IMG/VR virus record: IMGVR_UViG_3300035703_000083
Location: 2,487-66,486 of that record
Length of the DNA stretch: 64,000 nucleotides
From: a virus
Strand: one strand, 5' to 3'
In this document: in pieces, positions 18,361-25,940 of the stretch
Layout of the letters: each line of letters opens with the position of its first letter
How positions within the stretch are numbered: position 1 is the stretch's first letter
Notes under the pieces: model-generated
What the model was told of the DNA's origin: nothing
Databases searched by the model: none
What the model saw: the letters and a program-made list of their open reading frames with translations, nothing else
Made by a program: the position numbers and the translations under genes

Positions 18361-18382
18361 AGCTCCTTCGGGAGCTTTTTTG
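18361..18382 (+). terminator. Intrinsic terminator
   Basis: AGCTCC-TTCG-GGAGCT followed by a T run. Confidence 0.85.
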
Positions 18383-18526
18383 TTGGCCCATGAGCGATCA
18401 CCAGGAATGGGCTCGGTGCCATAGGGAAAGGTGTTGTAATCCTCTTCGTTACGAGGATCGTAAGGTTCAGGCCGTTGCCCCATGATCGGCTGGCATAGTA
18501 TTGCGCGAGTCTAACTAGCGGCATAT

Positions 18527-18566
18527 AAACAAAAAAGAAAGGGCCTTGCGGCCCTCTCTCTTTGTT
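18527..18566 (-). terminator. Intrinsic terminator (possibly bidirectional)
   Basis: Minus strand AGGGCC-GCAA-GGCCCT then TTCTTTTTT. Confidence 0.8.
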
Positions 18567-18734
18567 CAAGCTTCCGATGCCACTGGCTCCTAGGAGCAAG
18601 CTCGACCAGGGAACACTTTCCTCGCTAGTCCCATGCAATGACTAGGAACAATCCTCGCGGAAGGTTCAAAGTGTTCAGTGGCGTCCACCCTCACGGCGTC
18701 AACGACGGGCCTTTCGGCCAGGACCAACTTGAGC
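18564..18734 (-). ncRNA. Candidate structured ncRNA
   Basis: Nested stems, a GAAA tetraloop on the minus strand, ends at a terminator. Confidence 0.5.
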
Positions 18735-18845
18735 AAGCAAATCATAGCACCATAACCGCCCCTGGCAGCAAGCCCGCAAAATGTGATACCTTGAACTTTG
18801 GCAGGGGAGACCCGCCATGCCTCGCTCACTACTTTTTCTCTTCTG

Positions 18846-19208
18846 ATGCTTTTTCGTTTTCTTCTTTCCGCTTCCATCGTTGCTGGCGCCTTGGCGCCTG
18901 CTGCAGTGGAGGCGAGGGTTCGTTGTGGCATTGCTAGCCACTATGGCCAAGGTGATGGCTTTGCGGGCCAGCTCATGGCCAATGGCCAGCCAATGCGACC
19001 AAGTGCCATGATTACTGCCCATCCATCGCTCCCTATGGGCACCCGCATTCGCGTGGTGAACCAAGCCACCAGCAGGAGCATCGTCGTGCGAGTGGCGGAT
19101 AGAGGCCCTTGGTATGGTGATAGAGTGCTGGACTTGAGCCATGGCGCTTTTGCTCGCATTGCTCATCCTGGTAGCGGGCTTGCAAAGGTGTGCTATCAGG
19201 TGGTGTAG
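18846..19208 (+). CDS. rlpA: RlpA-family lytic transglycosylase (DPBB) with signal peptide
   Basis: GIASHYG..F.G..MANG, TAHPSLPMGTRIRV, VRVADRGP, RVLDLSHGAF. Confidence 0.9.
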   Translation: MLFRFLLSASIVAGALAPAAVEARVRCGIASHYGQGDGFAGQLMANGQPMRPSAMITAHPSLPMGTRIRVVNQATSRSIVVRVADRGPWYGDRVLDLSHGAFARIAHPGSGLAKVCYQVV

Positions 19209-19247
19209 GCACCTCGTGGTCTAAACGGAAACAATGGAAAGAAGCTG

Positions 19248-19273
19248 GGCGCCTCACAAGGGGCGCCTTTTTA
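19248..19273 (+). terminator. Intrinsic terminator
   Basis: GGCGCCTC-ACAA-GGGGCGCC then TTTTTT. Confidence 0.8.
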
Positions 19274-19308
19274 TTAGTCTTCTACACTGAGATCATTGAT
19301 CATTGCCC

Positions 19309-19938
19309 ATGTCTTCTGCCGTTTCCATTCCATCGTTCAATCTTGGAAGCTACATCGTGCCAGAAGATGCCCATGGCGGCAAGTGCATTGACATTGGCGC
19401 CAATGTTGGAAGCTTTATATCGACACACGCAGACAAGTTTAAGAAGCTGCATTTTTATGAGCCATACCCGCCCTGTTACGAGCGCTCTATAGAACAGGCT
19501 AGTCATTGCAAGGCTTTCGTTCTCGGCTTCAACGAGGCAGTGTCAGACCTGGATCGCCCAGAAGTAGCGCTGGTGGCCCATGCCAATCACGATGCAGGCA
19601 GCAATGCTCTGCAGAACGCAGCCATCAACGACCATTGGAGTGCTGAGCGGATTGCTACGTGCCCTTCAGTGAGCCTTGAAACTGCCCTAGCTCGCATTGG
19701 TGGTTATGTTGATTTTCTGAAATGTGACGCAGAAACAAGTGAATATGACATTTTTATGGGCAAGAATTTGATGCCAATTAAATATATTGCAATGGAACTG
19801 CATTGGCAAATGGGCAGAGAGCGATGGGAAGAATTATTAACTTGGCTATTGATGCACCATGAACTCCACGGTTCACTGCCGATATATAAAAAAGAACAGA
19901 ATTGCGAGCTTTTCTTTTCTCGACTTCCCCTGTCGTGA
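19309..19938 (+). CDS. FkbM-family SAM methyltransferase
   Basis: CIDIGANVG, YEP, NEAVS, FLKCDAETSEYDI, AMELH. Confidence 0.9.
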   Translation: MSSAVSIPSFNLGSYIVPEDAHGGKCIDIGANVGSFISTHADKFKKLHFYEPYPPCYERSIEQASHCKAFVLGFNEAVSDLDRPEVALVAHANHDAGSNALQNAAINDHWSAERIATCPSVSLETALARIGGYVDFLKCDAETSEYDIFMGKNLMPIKYIAMELHWQMGRERWEELLTWLLMHHELHGSLPIYKKEQNCELFFSRLPLS

Positions 19939-20648
19939 TGCTTTCTTTTTCCGAGGCCATTGAGCATTTTCATGGCAAACTCAAGCGTGGTGACAATTTC
20001 GCTCTGGGCAAATTTGCTGATGGTGAATGGGGCGCCATTAGAGGCGCTCGTTTTGCCCCGGCCAATGGGGAATGGCAAGCCAATGGAGACGATCCTGCTT
20101 TTGAGACGGCCCGCCAGGAGCTTATTGCAGCCTTGCGCTATCAACACCCCGACTACTACACGGCCATTTGCCCTTGTTACACCGACGCCATTGCTTTTTC
20201 AGGACAACCAGCAAAGCAAATCACCTATGCCAACATTTTCGTCAATGCCAACTATCCCTATTACAAAGAACATTTCATCAAAGTATATCAAAAGCGCAAG
20301 GTCTGGCTTGTCACGCATAAAAACACACAGTTAAACAATTTGCCTTTTCCCATTGAACGCTTTTTCCCCATTGATTACAATGCATGGGTGGTAAATAGAA
20401 CGCTGCCTGAAGAAATTCTTGATGAAAAACCAGAGGGTAAATTATTCCTTTTTGCGGCAGGTTCTTTTGCAAACATTCTCGTGCATAAACTATGGGAAAA
20501 GAACAAAGATAATTGCTATTTAGATGTTGGCTCCACTCTTAATCCGTGGACGCAAATAGAAAGATTAAAACGTGACTATTATATGGGCGACACGGTATAT
20601 GCCTCGCTCTCGTGCCCTTGTGACGGCCATTGCCCTGCCATGCCCTAG
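19938..20648 (+). CDS. Glycosyltransferase-like protein (GT-D/DUF1792-like)
   Basis: FALGKFADGE, LFLFAAG, YLDVGS. Confidence 0.65.
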   Translation: MLSFSEAIEHFHGKLKRGDNFALGKFADGEWGAIRGARFAPANGEWQANGDDPAFETARQELIAALRYQHPDYYTAICPCYTDAIAFSGQPAKQITYANIFVNANYPYYKEHFIKVYQKRKVWLVTHKNTQLNNLPFPIERFFPIDYNAWVVNRTLPEEILDEKPEGKLFLFAAGSFANILVHKLWEKNKDNCYLDVGSTLNPWTQIERLKRDYYMGDTVYASLSCPCDGHCPAMP

Positions 20649-20653
20649 CCAGC

Positions 20654-20706
20654 TTTGTAACGCATTGTGAACAAAGCCTTGCGGGGACTGGCTGGCTCGT
20701 TATCGT
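20654..20706 (+). promoter_or_regulatory. Early promoter with HLR1-like repeat
   Basis: TTTGTAAC-gc-ATTGTGAA; TTGCGG; TATCGT at 20701. Confidence 0.55.
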
Positions 20707-20739
20707 GCGCATGAGCTTCACCCTCTCCTTCCTTTCGTC

Positions 20740-20919
20740 ATGCAATCATTGCCCTTCGCCACCCTGGCCGCGATGCTCTGCACCTTAGCCTGGGCCTTCG
20801 TCACGCAGCCACTGCCGCCTGACAATCCCATTGCGCTGAAGATCTGCATGCAGCACCACCCCGAACGGTACTGCCGCCTCACGCATGCGCCCAGCACCAT
20901 CATTGATAAGCAACGCTAA
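20740..20919 (+). CDS. Small secreted/membrane protein with C-x7-YCR motif (not in ORF track)
   Basis: MQSLPFATLAAMLCTLAWAF...ICMQHHPERYCRLTH. Confidence 0.65.
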   Translation: MQSLPFATLAAMLCTLAWAFVTQPLPPDNPIALKICMQHHPERYCRLTHAPSTIIDKQR

Positions 20920-20999
20920 TGGCTCAAGGGCTTGCCAAGCGGCCCATTTTCGACCATCATTGTCATTACAGGGCGAGAGCCCCCCTTCCTCTTCTTCCC

Positions 21000-21278
21000 A
21001 TGGACAAAACCAGTCTCGTTAAACAGTTCATCTTTAATGCTGGGGCGTCCATCGTCTCAGTGCAGTTCGTCAAGGCAAATGGCGAGCCTCGTTCCCTGCA
21101 ATTCAACCCCCGCGACACCCAAGAGATTAAAGGGACGGGCCACGCCTTGAAGGCTGCCAGCGTCGTTCGTTGCCGTGATTTCGCTATTGCTCGCAAGGAA
21201 GGGCAAGGAGCTTGGCGCTCGTTTGATTGTGAGCGCGTGACCAGCATCAAGGCCAATGGAAAGGAGCTGAGCTTCTGA
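21000..21278 (+). CDS. WYL-like/SH3-barrel protein (DUF2693-like)
   Basis: VSVQFVKANGEPR...D....AWRSF..ERV. Confidence 0.7.
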   Translation: MDKTSLVKQFIFNAGASIVSVQFVKANGEPRSLQFNPRDTQEIKGTGHALKAASVVRCRDFAIARKEGQGAWRSFDCERVTSIKANGKELSF

Positions 21279-21280
21279 CC

Positions 21281-21460
21281 ATGGCAGTCCTCGATCGCAC
21301 GCCAGCATTCAGCCTTTGGAGCCGTGCCGAAGGCCGCTGGCATCATCTCGATACCAGCCCTAACGAAGCAGAGCTGCGTCTAAAGGCCGAAAGCCTTCGC
21401 AGGATCTTCACCCACAGACAGTTCGTAGTTCTTCACGGCACCACGATGCCAGGAGATTAA
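21281..21460 (+). CDS. Small hypothetical protein (not in ORF track)
   Basis: MAVLDRTPAFSLWSRAEGRW... Confidence 0.5.
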   Translation: MAVLDRTPAFSLWSRAEGRWHHLDTSPNEAELRLKAESLRRIFTHRQFVVLHGTTMPGD

Positions 21461-21678
21461 CAATGGGGCAGAGCAGGAGAGACTATGACCTCCGTAAATG
21501 CGCTCCCTGAACACGCTTGCCACTGCTCGGACCAAGTGGTGGACGAGAATCATTCCCATGGGTTCTCAATCTAGCCTCTGTTCTGGAATGGGTGTCGTCG
21601 AACAATGCAGGTGGAACCAGCGCTGCGGAGCGTGTCATTGGCCTGCATCAAGCGCACCGCTCGTAAGTCCCCAGCCCT

Positions 21679-21742
21679 TTTGTAACGATATATAACGCTT
21701 ATGGCTCAAGGGCTTGTGCTGCGGCACAGGCCTTTGTATTGT
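21679..21742 (+). promoter_or_regulatory. Early promoter with HLR1-like repeat
   Basis: TTTGTAAC-ga-TATATAAC; TTGTGC-N17-TATTGT. Confidence 0.6.
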
Positions 21743-21783
21743 TCCTTTGTTCGGAGGCGAGAGCTTCCACCATCCTTGGAACC

Positions 21784-22164
21784 ATGGCCATCATTAACCA
21801 CACCGTTGACCAGCTCACTGGCCCCGACTATTGGACTCAATTCGAGGGGCTCAACATCATCAGGATCACCGTTACCGTGCCCGACTGGCATGAGGCTTGG
21901 CCAATCAAGGTGCGCAATGGTGCCGAGAACCCTCGCGAGCTTGAGCTGATTGGCCTGCTGCATGTTTGCAAGACTTGGTATCTCAATGGACGGGTGGCGG
22001 ATCAGTGGACTATTTCCACGCTGAACGGCCCGGTGCATGTGCCTGCTGGCACCCGCATCGTGAGCGAAGAACTGCCTGAGAAGTGGGAAGCCAACGCCCG
22101 CCAATCTGACCCTGGCAAGAAAGAGTGGTTCGCCTATTCCAACGGGCGCACGAGCTTTTGTTAA
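21784..22164 (+). CDS. Hypothetical early protein
   Basis: ATG after a promoter and leader hairpin. Confidence 0.7.
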   Translation: MAIINHTVDQLTGPDYWTQFEGLNIIRITVTVPDWHEAWPIKVRNGAENPRELELIGLLHVCKTWYLNGRVADQWTISTLNGPVHVPAGTRIVSEELPEKWEANARQSDPGKKEWFAYSNGRTSFC

Positions 22165-22209
22165 GCCTTGTTACAAGGGGCCAGAGATGGCCCCTCTCTT
22201 TTCTATTGT
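22157..22209 (+). promoter_or_regulatory. Early promoter with HLR1-like repeat
   Basis: TTTGTTAA-gc-CTTGTTAC; TATTGT at 22204; shares TATTGTTCCTTTGTTCG with 21737. Confidence 0.6.
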
Positions 22210-22230
22210 TCCTTTGTTCGCCACAGAGCC

Positions 22231-22470
22231 ATGCACCGCACCATTGAAGGACATCGCGAAAGCTCCTACCTCGCCAAGCTTGAAGCCGATCGCCAAGCCC
22301 AGCATTCTGGCTATGGCATCCGCAAATATCACTGTGCCGATGGCACCATCAAGTGGGAAGCCTACGGATGGGAACGCCTCACTGAACTGACCACGCACAC
22401 CACTTCCTACGGCATCTTTGATCACAAGTGGGAAGCAGAACAGTATTTCAACTCCATCATCAACGGCTGA
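22231..22470 (+). CDS. Hypothetical early protein
   Basis: MHRTIEGHRESSYLAKLEADRQ... Confidence 0.7.
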   Translation: MHRTIEGHRESSYLAKLEADRQAQHSGYGIRKYHCADGTIKWEAYGWERLTELTTHTTSYGIFDHKWEAEQYFNSIING

Positions 22471-22472
22471 TC

Positions 22473-22769
22473 ATGACACACTCCTATGCTTCTCACGATG
22501 AACTGATGGCTGTCGTGGCCTCTCAGGCTTGGGCCAATGCCACCATCCTTACGGGCAAGCTTTACGATCAAGCATTCACGCAGCGTCGCAACGGAGGCTC
22601 ATCTTCTGGAGGCTTCGCTTCTGGGGAGTGCAATGGCAAAACAGTGAGCTGCACCATTGTGCCTCGCTGTATGGGCAGTGGCCGCTGGAGCAGCACCACC
22701 GTTTGGAAGGTCAATGGCAAACGAGTGAAGCAATCAATGCTCATCCAGGAGCTTTGTAAAGAAGTGTGA
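22473..22769 (+). CDS. Hypothetical early protein
   Basis: Ends WKVNGKRV... Confidence 0.65.
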   Translation: MTHSYASHDELMAVVASQAWANATILTGKLYDQAFTQRRNGGSSSGGFASGECNGKTVSCTIVPRCMGSGRWSSTTVWKVNGKRVKQSMLIQELCKEV

Positions 22770-22806
22770 CAGACCAGGGGCTTCGGCCCCTTTGGCTATA
22801 TATTGG
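22753..22806 (+). promoter_or_regulatory. Early promoter with HLR1-like repeat
   Basis: TTTGTAAA-ga-AGTGTGAC; TATATT/TATTGG at about 22800. Confidence 0.55.
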
Positions 22807-22840
22807 CTTTGTTCAGGCGCGAGCCTCCTTCCTCTTTCCC

Positions 22841-23101
22841 ATGGCGACCATCCCCACCATCCATCTCAACGGCACTGGCTTCACCACGCTGCGTGATGAA
22901 TACGCTGCCGCCTACGATGCCATTGGCAAGGCAGTCGAGGCCCTGGCTAGCACCACCTCGAACGGTAGAGATTTCTATCCACAGGGAACCGATGCGTATT
23001 ACAAGCATCGCGACGAGCGCACAGAAGCATTCACCAAGCTTCGCGAGGCTCATGCTTATGTGGGCGAAGTTCTCATGGGCATTTGCGACCAGCGGCGCTG
23101 A
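22841..23101 (+). CDS. Hypothetical early protein
   Basis: PTIHLNGT...NGRDFYPQG. Confidence 0.75.
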   Translation: MATIPTIHLNGTGFTTLRDEYAAAYDAIGKAVEALASTTSNGRDFYPQGTDAYYKHRDERTEAFTKLREAHAYVGEVLMGICDQRR

Positions 23102-23105
23102 GCCT

Positions 23106-23158
23106 TTTGTAAAGCTTTATTACGGGGGGCTGGCAACAGCCCCTTTATGCTCTATTGT
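23106..23158 (+). promoter_or_regulatory. Early promoter with HLR1-like repeat
   Basis: TTTGTAAA-gc-TTTATTAC; CTGGCA-N17-TATTGT. Confidence 0.6.
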
Positions 23159-23196
23159 TAGTCCAACGAGCCGAGAGGCTCTCCTTCCTCAGAACC

Positions 23197-23418
23197 ATGA
23201 CCTCCTCCTTCCTTGAAGACCAACTCCTAAGTCTTGTTGCCGCCTTCATGGTCGAAAGCGAGCCTGGAGACGTGCTAGCGCTTCCCGCTGGAGCCATGCT
23301 TTGCAAGCGCCAAGACGGTCGCCTCATGCTTGGTCGCAATAGCATTTCCTGGACTCTATTCAACGAAACCAGTGATGACATCGTTGCCAAAATCATCCGA
23401 TGGGGGAAAGAGCTGTGA
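23197..23418 (+). CDS. Hypothetical early protein
   Basis: ATG after a leader hairpin. Confidence 0.6.
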   Translation: MTSSFLEDQLLSLVAAFMVESEPGDVLALPAGAMLCKRQDGRLMLGRNSISWTLFNETSDDIVAKIIRWGKEL

Positions 23419-23597
23419 ACACCGTTTTCATCATTGCTATTAGCAAAAAAGGTAAAAGCCGCATTGGTTCCTCTCTCGCTGCTGCCATTGTTGAGCAAGA
23501 TCACCACGATAAATTGTTTGTAGTGATCAATGGTTCTCAATGCAGGTGGATTAAAAAGAACAATGACCCCGATTTCAAAATCATTGGAGACGACTAA
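23415..23597 (+). CDS. Hypothetical protein
   Basis: GTGA overlap; ISKKGKSRI...RWIKKNNDPDF. Confidence 0.65.
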   Translation: MNTVFIIAISKKGKSRIGSSLAAAIVEQDHHDKLFVVINGSQCRWIKKNNDPDFKIIGDD

Positions 23598-23776
23598 TGA
23601 AACGCACTATTTGGCATCTCATTTCTGAAGATGGTTACGAAGATTATGCTTTGTCCCCCGAAGATCGGGACGCTCTAAAACTCATCTACGAAAAAGCTGG
23701 CACTTCTTTCACCATTGAAGCTTTTGAAGAAGATGTTGATGACAACGACGACGAACCTCTCTACGAGCCTTTCTGA
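23597..23776 (+). CDS. Small acidic protein (not in ORF track)
   Basis: TAATG overlap; MKRTIWHLISEDGYEDY... Confidence 0.6.
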   Translation: MKRTIWHLISEDGYEDYALSPEDRDALKLIYEKAGTSFTIEAFEEDVDDNDDEPLYEPF

Positions 23777-23780
23777 AACC

Positions 23781-24098
23781 ATGACTAAGCCCCGCTGCAC
23801 TGTTCGCACGTATCAAGACAATGGCCCCTATTGGGAGCCCACCGTCATGCAATATTCTGCTGAATCCTTGGCGCGCCTACTGTTTCATATCAGGCTTGCC
23901 ATGGAAGATGGAGAGCATGTGATTGCTATATATCATGACGATCGCTGTATTGGCCTCTGGGAGGACGACAGCGAGCCTGAGCCCGATGGTGAAGGCGGCT
24001 GGCTTATGCCTCGCGGCTGCTATGTGCTGAGACGTCCTGGGGGCCCCATGGCAGGCCGTTTCAACGCTCTGGCCAATCAATGCAAGGGGAAGGGCTGA
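23781..24098 (+). CDS. Hypothetical protein
   Basis: MTKPRCTVRTYQDNG...EPEPDGEGGW. Confidence 0.65.
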   Translation: MTKPRCTVRTYQDNGPYWEPTVMQYSAESLARLLFHIRLAMEDGEHVIAIYHDDRCIGLWEDDSEPEPDGEGGWLMPRGCYVLRRPGGPMAGRFNALANQCKGKG

Positions 24099-24268
24099 TG
24101 ATTCTCATCGACTATTTCACTGAGGCTTGCTGCAAAGGCACTGAGCTAGTGGAGGGCTGGTATTGGTATGAAGACGATGGGGAGAAAGTGGGAGGGCCTT
24201 TTGAAGATGAAGAAGATGCCGTGCTTGCTGCTGAAGCTGGTATCACTTGGGCTGATTATGAAAAATAG
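24098..24268 (+). CDS. Small acidic protein
   Basis: GWYWY...GPFEDEEDA. Confidence 0.7.
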   Translation: MILIDYFTEACCKGTELVEGWYWYEDDGEKVGGPFEDEEDAVLAAEAGITWADYEK

Positions 24269-24343
24269 TTGTTAGCATGGCAAAACGACGCAGGATGCCA
24301 GTCCCACGTCGTCTCTAACCACCACCAAAAGAGAGGTTTGGCC

Positions 24344-25018
24344 ATGGCTGAAAGCAATCATAGCAGCGTGCCGGAAGGGTTCAAGGAGATTCCTGGCTGC
24401 GACGGTAAGTATTTCATCGGTAAAGATGGACGAGTTTGGAGTTGTTTGAGCAATCAAATCCTGACCCAGCATCTTGATGCGCCTAAAAAATACCTTCAAT
24501 CGCTTTTAATGCTTCCAGGAAGAAAGAAGGGCACGCCTCGGTATATTCATAAGTTGGTTGCATTGACTTGGATTGGCCCCGCCCCTGGACCAACTGGAAC
24601 CAAGCGTCACGAATACTGCGTTAACCATAAAGATGGAAACAAGCGAAATAATCACGCAGATAATTTAGAGTGGGTGACTAATTCCGAGAATCTCAGTCAC
24701 GCTTGGCGCACTGGCTTGCGTGATGATTTTATCGGAGAAAATGCACCGCATTCAATCTTTACTAGCGAGGAAGTTCGCTCTATTCGTCTGCGCATTATCA
24801 ATGGTGAAAAAATAAAAACTATTGCAGATGATTTCAACGTGGGGATTGGAGTTATAAAGAATATTCAAAAATTTTATTCATGGAAGCGTCAAGACTGGGA
24901 TTTAATTGACGACATGATGAAAATTTGCAAATCAAAGTGGATAGCGGAAACGAAAAGATGTGTTGAAAGTGGACAATTTTATAGTTACTCTGATATCAAT
25001 AGATACAGTCAAGCGTGA
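24344..25018 (+). CDS. NUMOD4-HNH homing endonuclease with C-terminal HTH
   Basis: FKEIPGCDGKYFIGKDGRVWS; IHKLVA; VNHKDGNKRNNHADNLEW; lower GC than flanks. Confidence 0.9.
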   Translation: MAESNHSSVPEGFKEIPGCDGKYFIGKDGRVWSCLSNQILTQHLDAPKKYLQSLLMLPGRKKGTPRYIHKLVALTWIGPAPGPTGTKRHEYCVNHKDGNKRNNHADNLEWVTNSENLSHAWRTGLRDDFIGENAPHSIFTSEEVRSIRLRIINGEKIKTIADDFNVGIGVIKNIQKFYSWKRQDWDLIDDMMKICKSKWIAETKRCVESGQFYSYSDINRYSQA

Positions 25019-25024
25019 GGGCAC

Positions 25025-25107
25025 GGCTGTTGTTGTATAGGGAAAGGCTGTTGCCGTATTTAGGGATTGGCTGTTGTTATACCTAGGAACTGGCTGTTGC
25101 CGTATAA
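25025..25107. repeat. Four iteron-like direct repeats GGCTGTTGYYRTA
   Basis: Copies at 25025, 25046, 25069 and 25092. Confidence 0.9.
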
Positions 25108-25159
25108 GACCCGGCTCGCTCGGTATTGCTATTGCAAGCCGTTCTCAATTAGCCTGAGT

Positions 25160-25193
25160 AGTACATTTGTATTAATGGTGGTACATTTGTACT
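25160..25193. promoter_or_regulatory. Two tandem cyanobacterial LexA-like boxes
   Basis: AGTACATTTGTATT and GGTACATTTGTACT versus consensus RGTAC-N3-DGTWCB. Confidence 0.65.
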
Positions 25194-25196
25194 ACT

Positions 25197-25241
25197 GTTA
25201 CATTTCTTCACACTTTGTAACATTTTGTAACATTTTGTAAC
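25197..25241. promoter_or_regulatory. HLR1-like (RpaB) octamer array, period 10
   Basis: GTTACATT, then TTTGTAAC three times separated by 2 nt. Confidence 0.65.
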
Positions 25242-25403
25242 ATTAGCATTTCTTATGGTTCCCGCCCGATCGATCAGCATCGCTTATATGATCAGCCATC
25301 CTGATCGTTCCCGGCAGTCCCATTAGCATCGCTTATATGATCAGCCATCCTGATCGTTCCCGGTGGCTTGATCAGCATTGCTTATATGATCAGCTATCCT
25401 GAT
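25242..25403. repeat. Three 49-bp tandem units plus one single box; seven ATYAG-N5-CTKAT palindromes in total
   Basis: Boxes at 25242, 25273, 25291, 25322, 25340, 25371 and 25389. Confidence 0.9.
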
Positions 25404-25747
25404 CCCTCGGATTGTCGATCGGCAAAACGTAGATTCTGAGCCTATGCCTCGATGCGCATAAGATTGTCGGATTGTCGATCGGAGAACGGGAAAATCTATG
25501 GGCGACGGATTGTGACGAAATGTAACGCTAGCCCTGGCGATCGTTTGATTTGCGCTAGTGGGCGTCATCTTTTGCTACGGGGGGGATTGGTGCACGTATC
25601 ATCGTTGGCGCCGATTGTCAACGCAACGATGGGGGAGGATGGTCAGTTTGCAAACCGTCCACCATTCCCTAGCGTTGACAGCGGCCGGCGACTATTGTCC
25701 GTTCAGCGGTCGAGGGATCGTCCGCTTGCCTCTCAAAACCTCCGATC

Positions 25748-25891
25748 ATGCGACTCTCTCCATTCCCGGTTCTGTTTGCCGCCCTTGCCGTTGGCATCGT
25801 TTGGGCCCATAACGACGCCCAAGCACGCTACGGGCGCTGTCTGGCACGCCAAAGTGTGGACTATTGCCGTGTGGCACATTGGGGCCGCTGA
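25748..25891 (+). CDS. Small secreted protein with C-x7-YCR motif (not in ORF track)
   Basis: MRLSPFPVLFAALAVGIVWAHNDAQARYGRCLARQSVDYCRVAHWGR. Confidence 0.65.
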   Translation: MRLSPFPVLFAALAVGIVWAHNDAQARYGRCLARQSVDYCRVAHWGR

Positions 25892-25940
25892 TCGCCTCTC
25901 TCCATCCTCTCTTTATCCTCTCTCTATCCTCTTTTTAATC

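Noticed and set aside
24269-25018. Group I intron around the HNH genes
   Set aside because: Flanking genes look intact and no intron core was recognised; treated as free-standing.
25025-25403. CRISPR or mini-array
   Set aside because: Repeats are 13-15 nt with 8-10 nt gaps, or near-identical 49-bp tandem units; there are no unique 30-40 nt spacers and no cas operon.
25675-25698. Canonical sigma70 promoter TTGACA...TATTGT
   Set aside because: Spacer is only 12 nt; the -10 may be real but not paired with this -35.
25452-25940. 163-aa N-terminal extension of GP88 in the ORF track
   Set aside because: It crosses repeats, a promoter and a better small ORF in another frame; ATG 25941 follows a pyrimidine-rich leader like other genes here.
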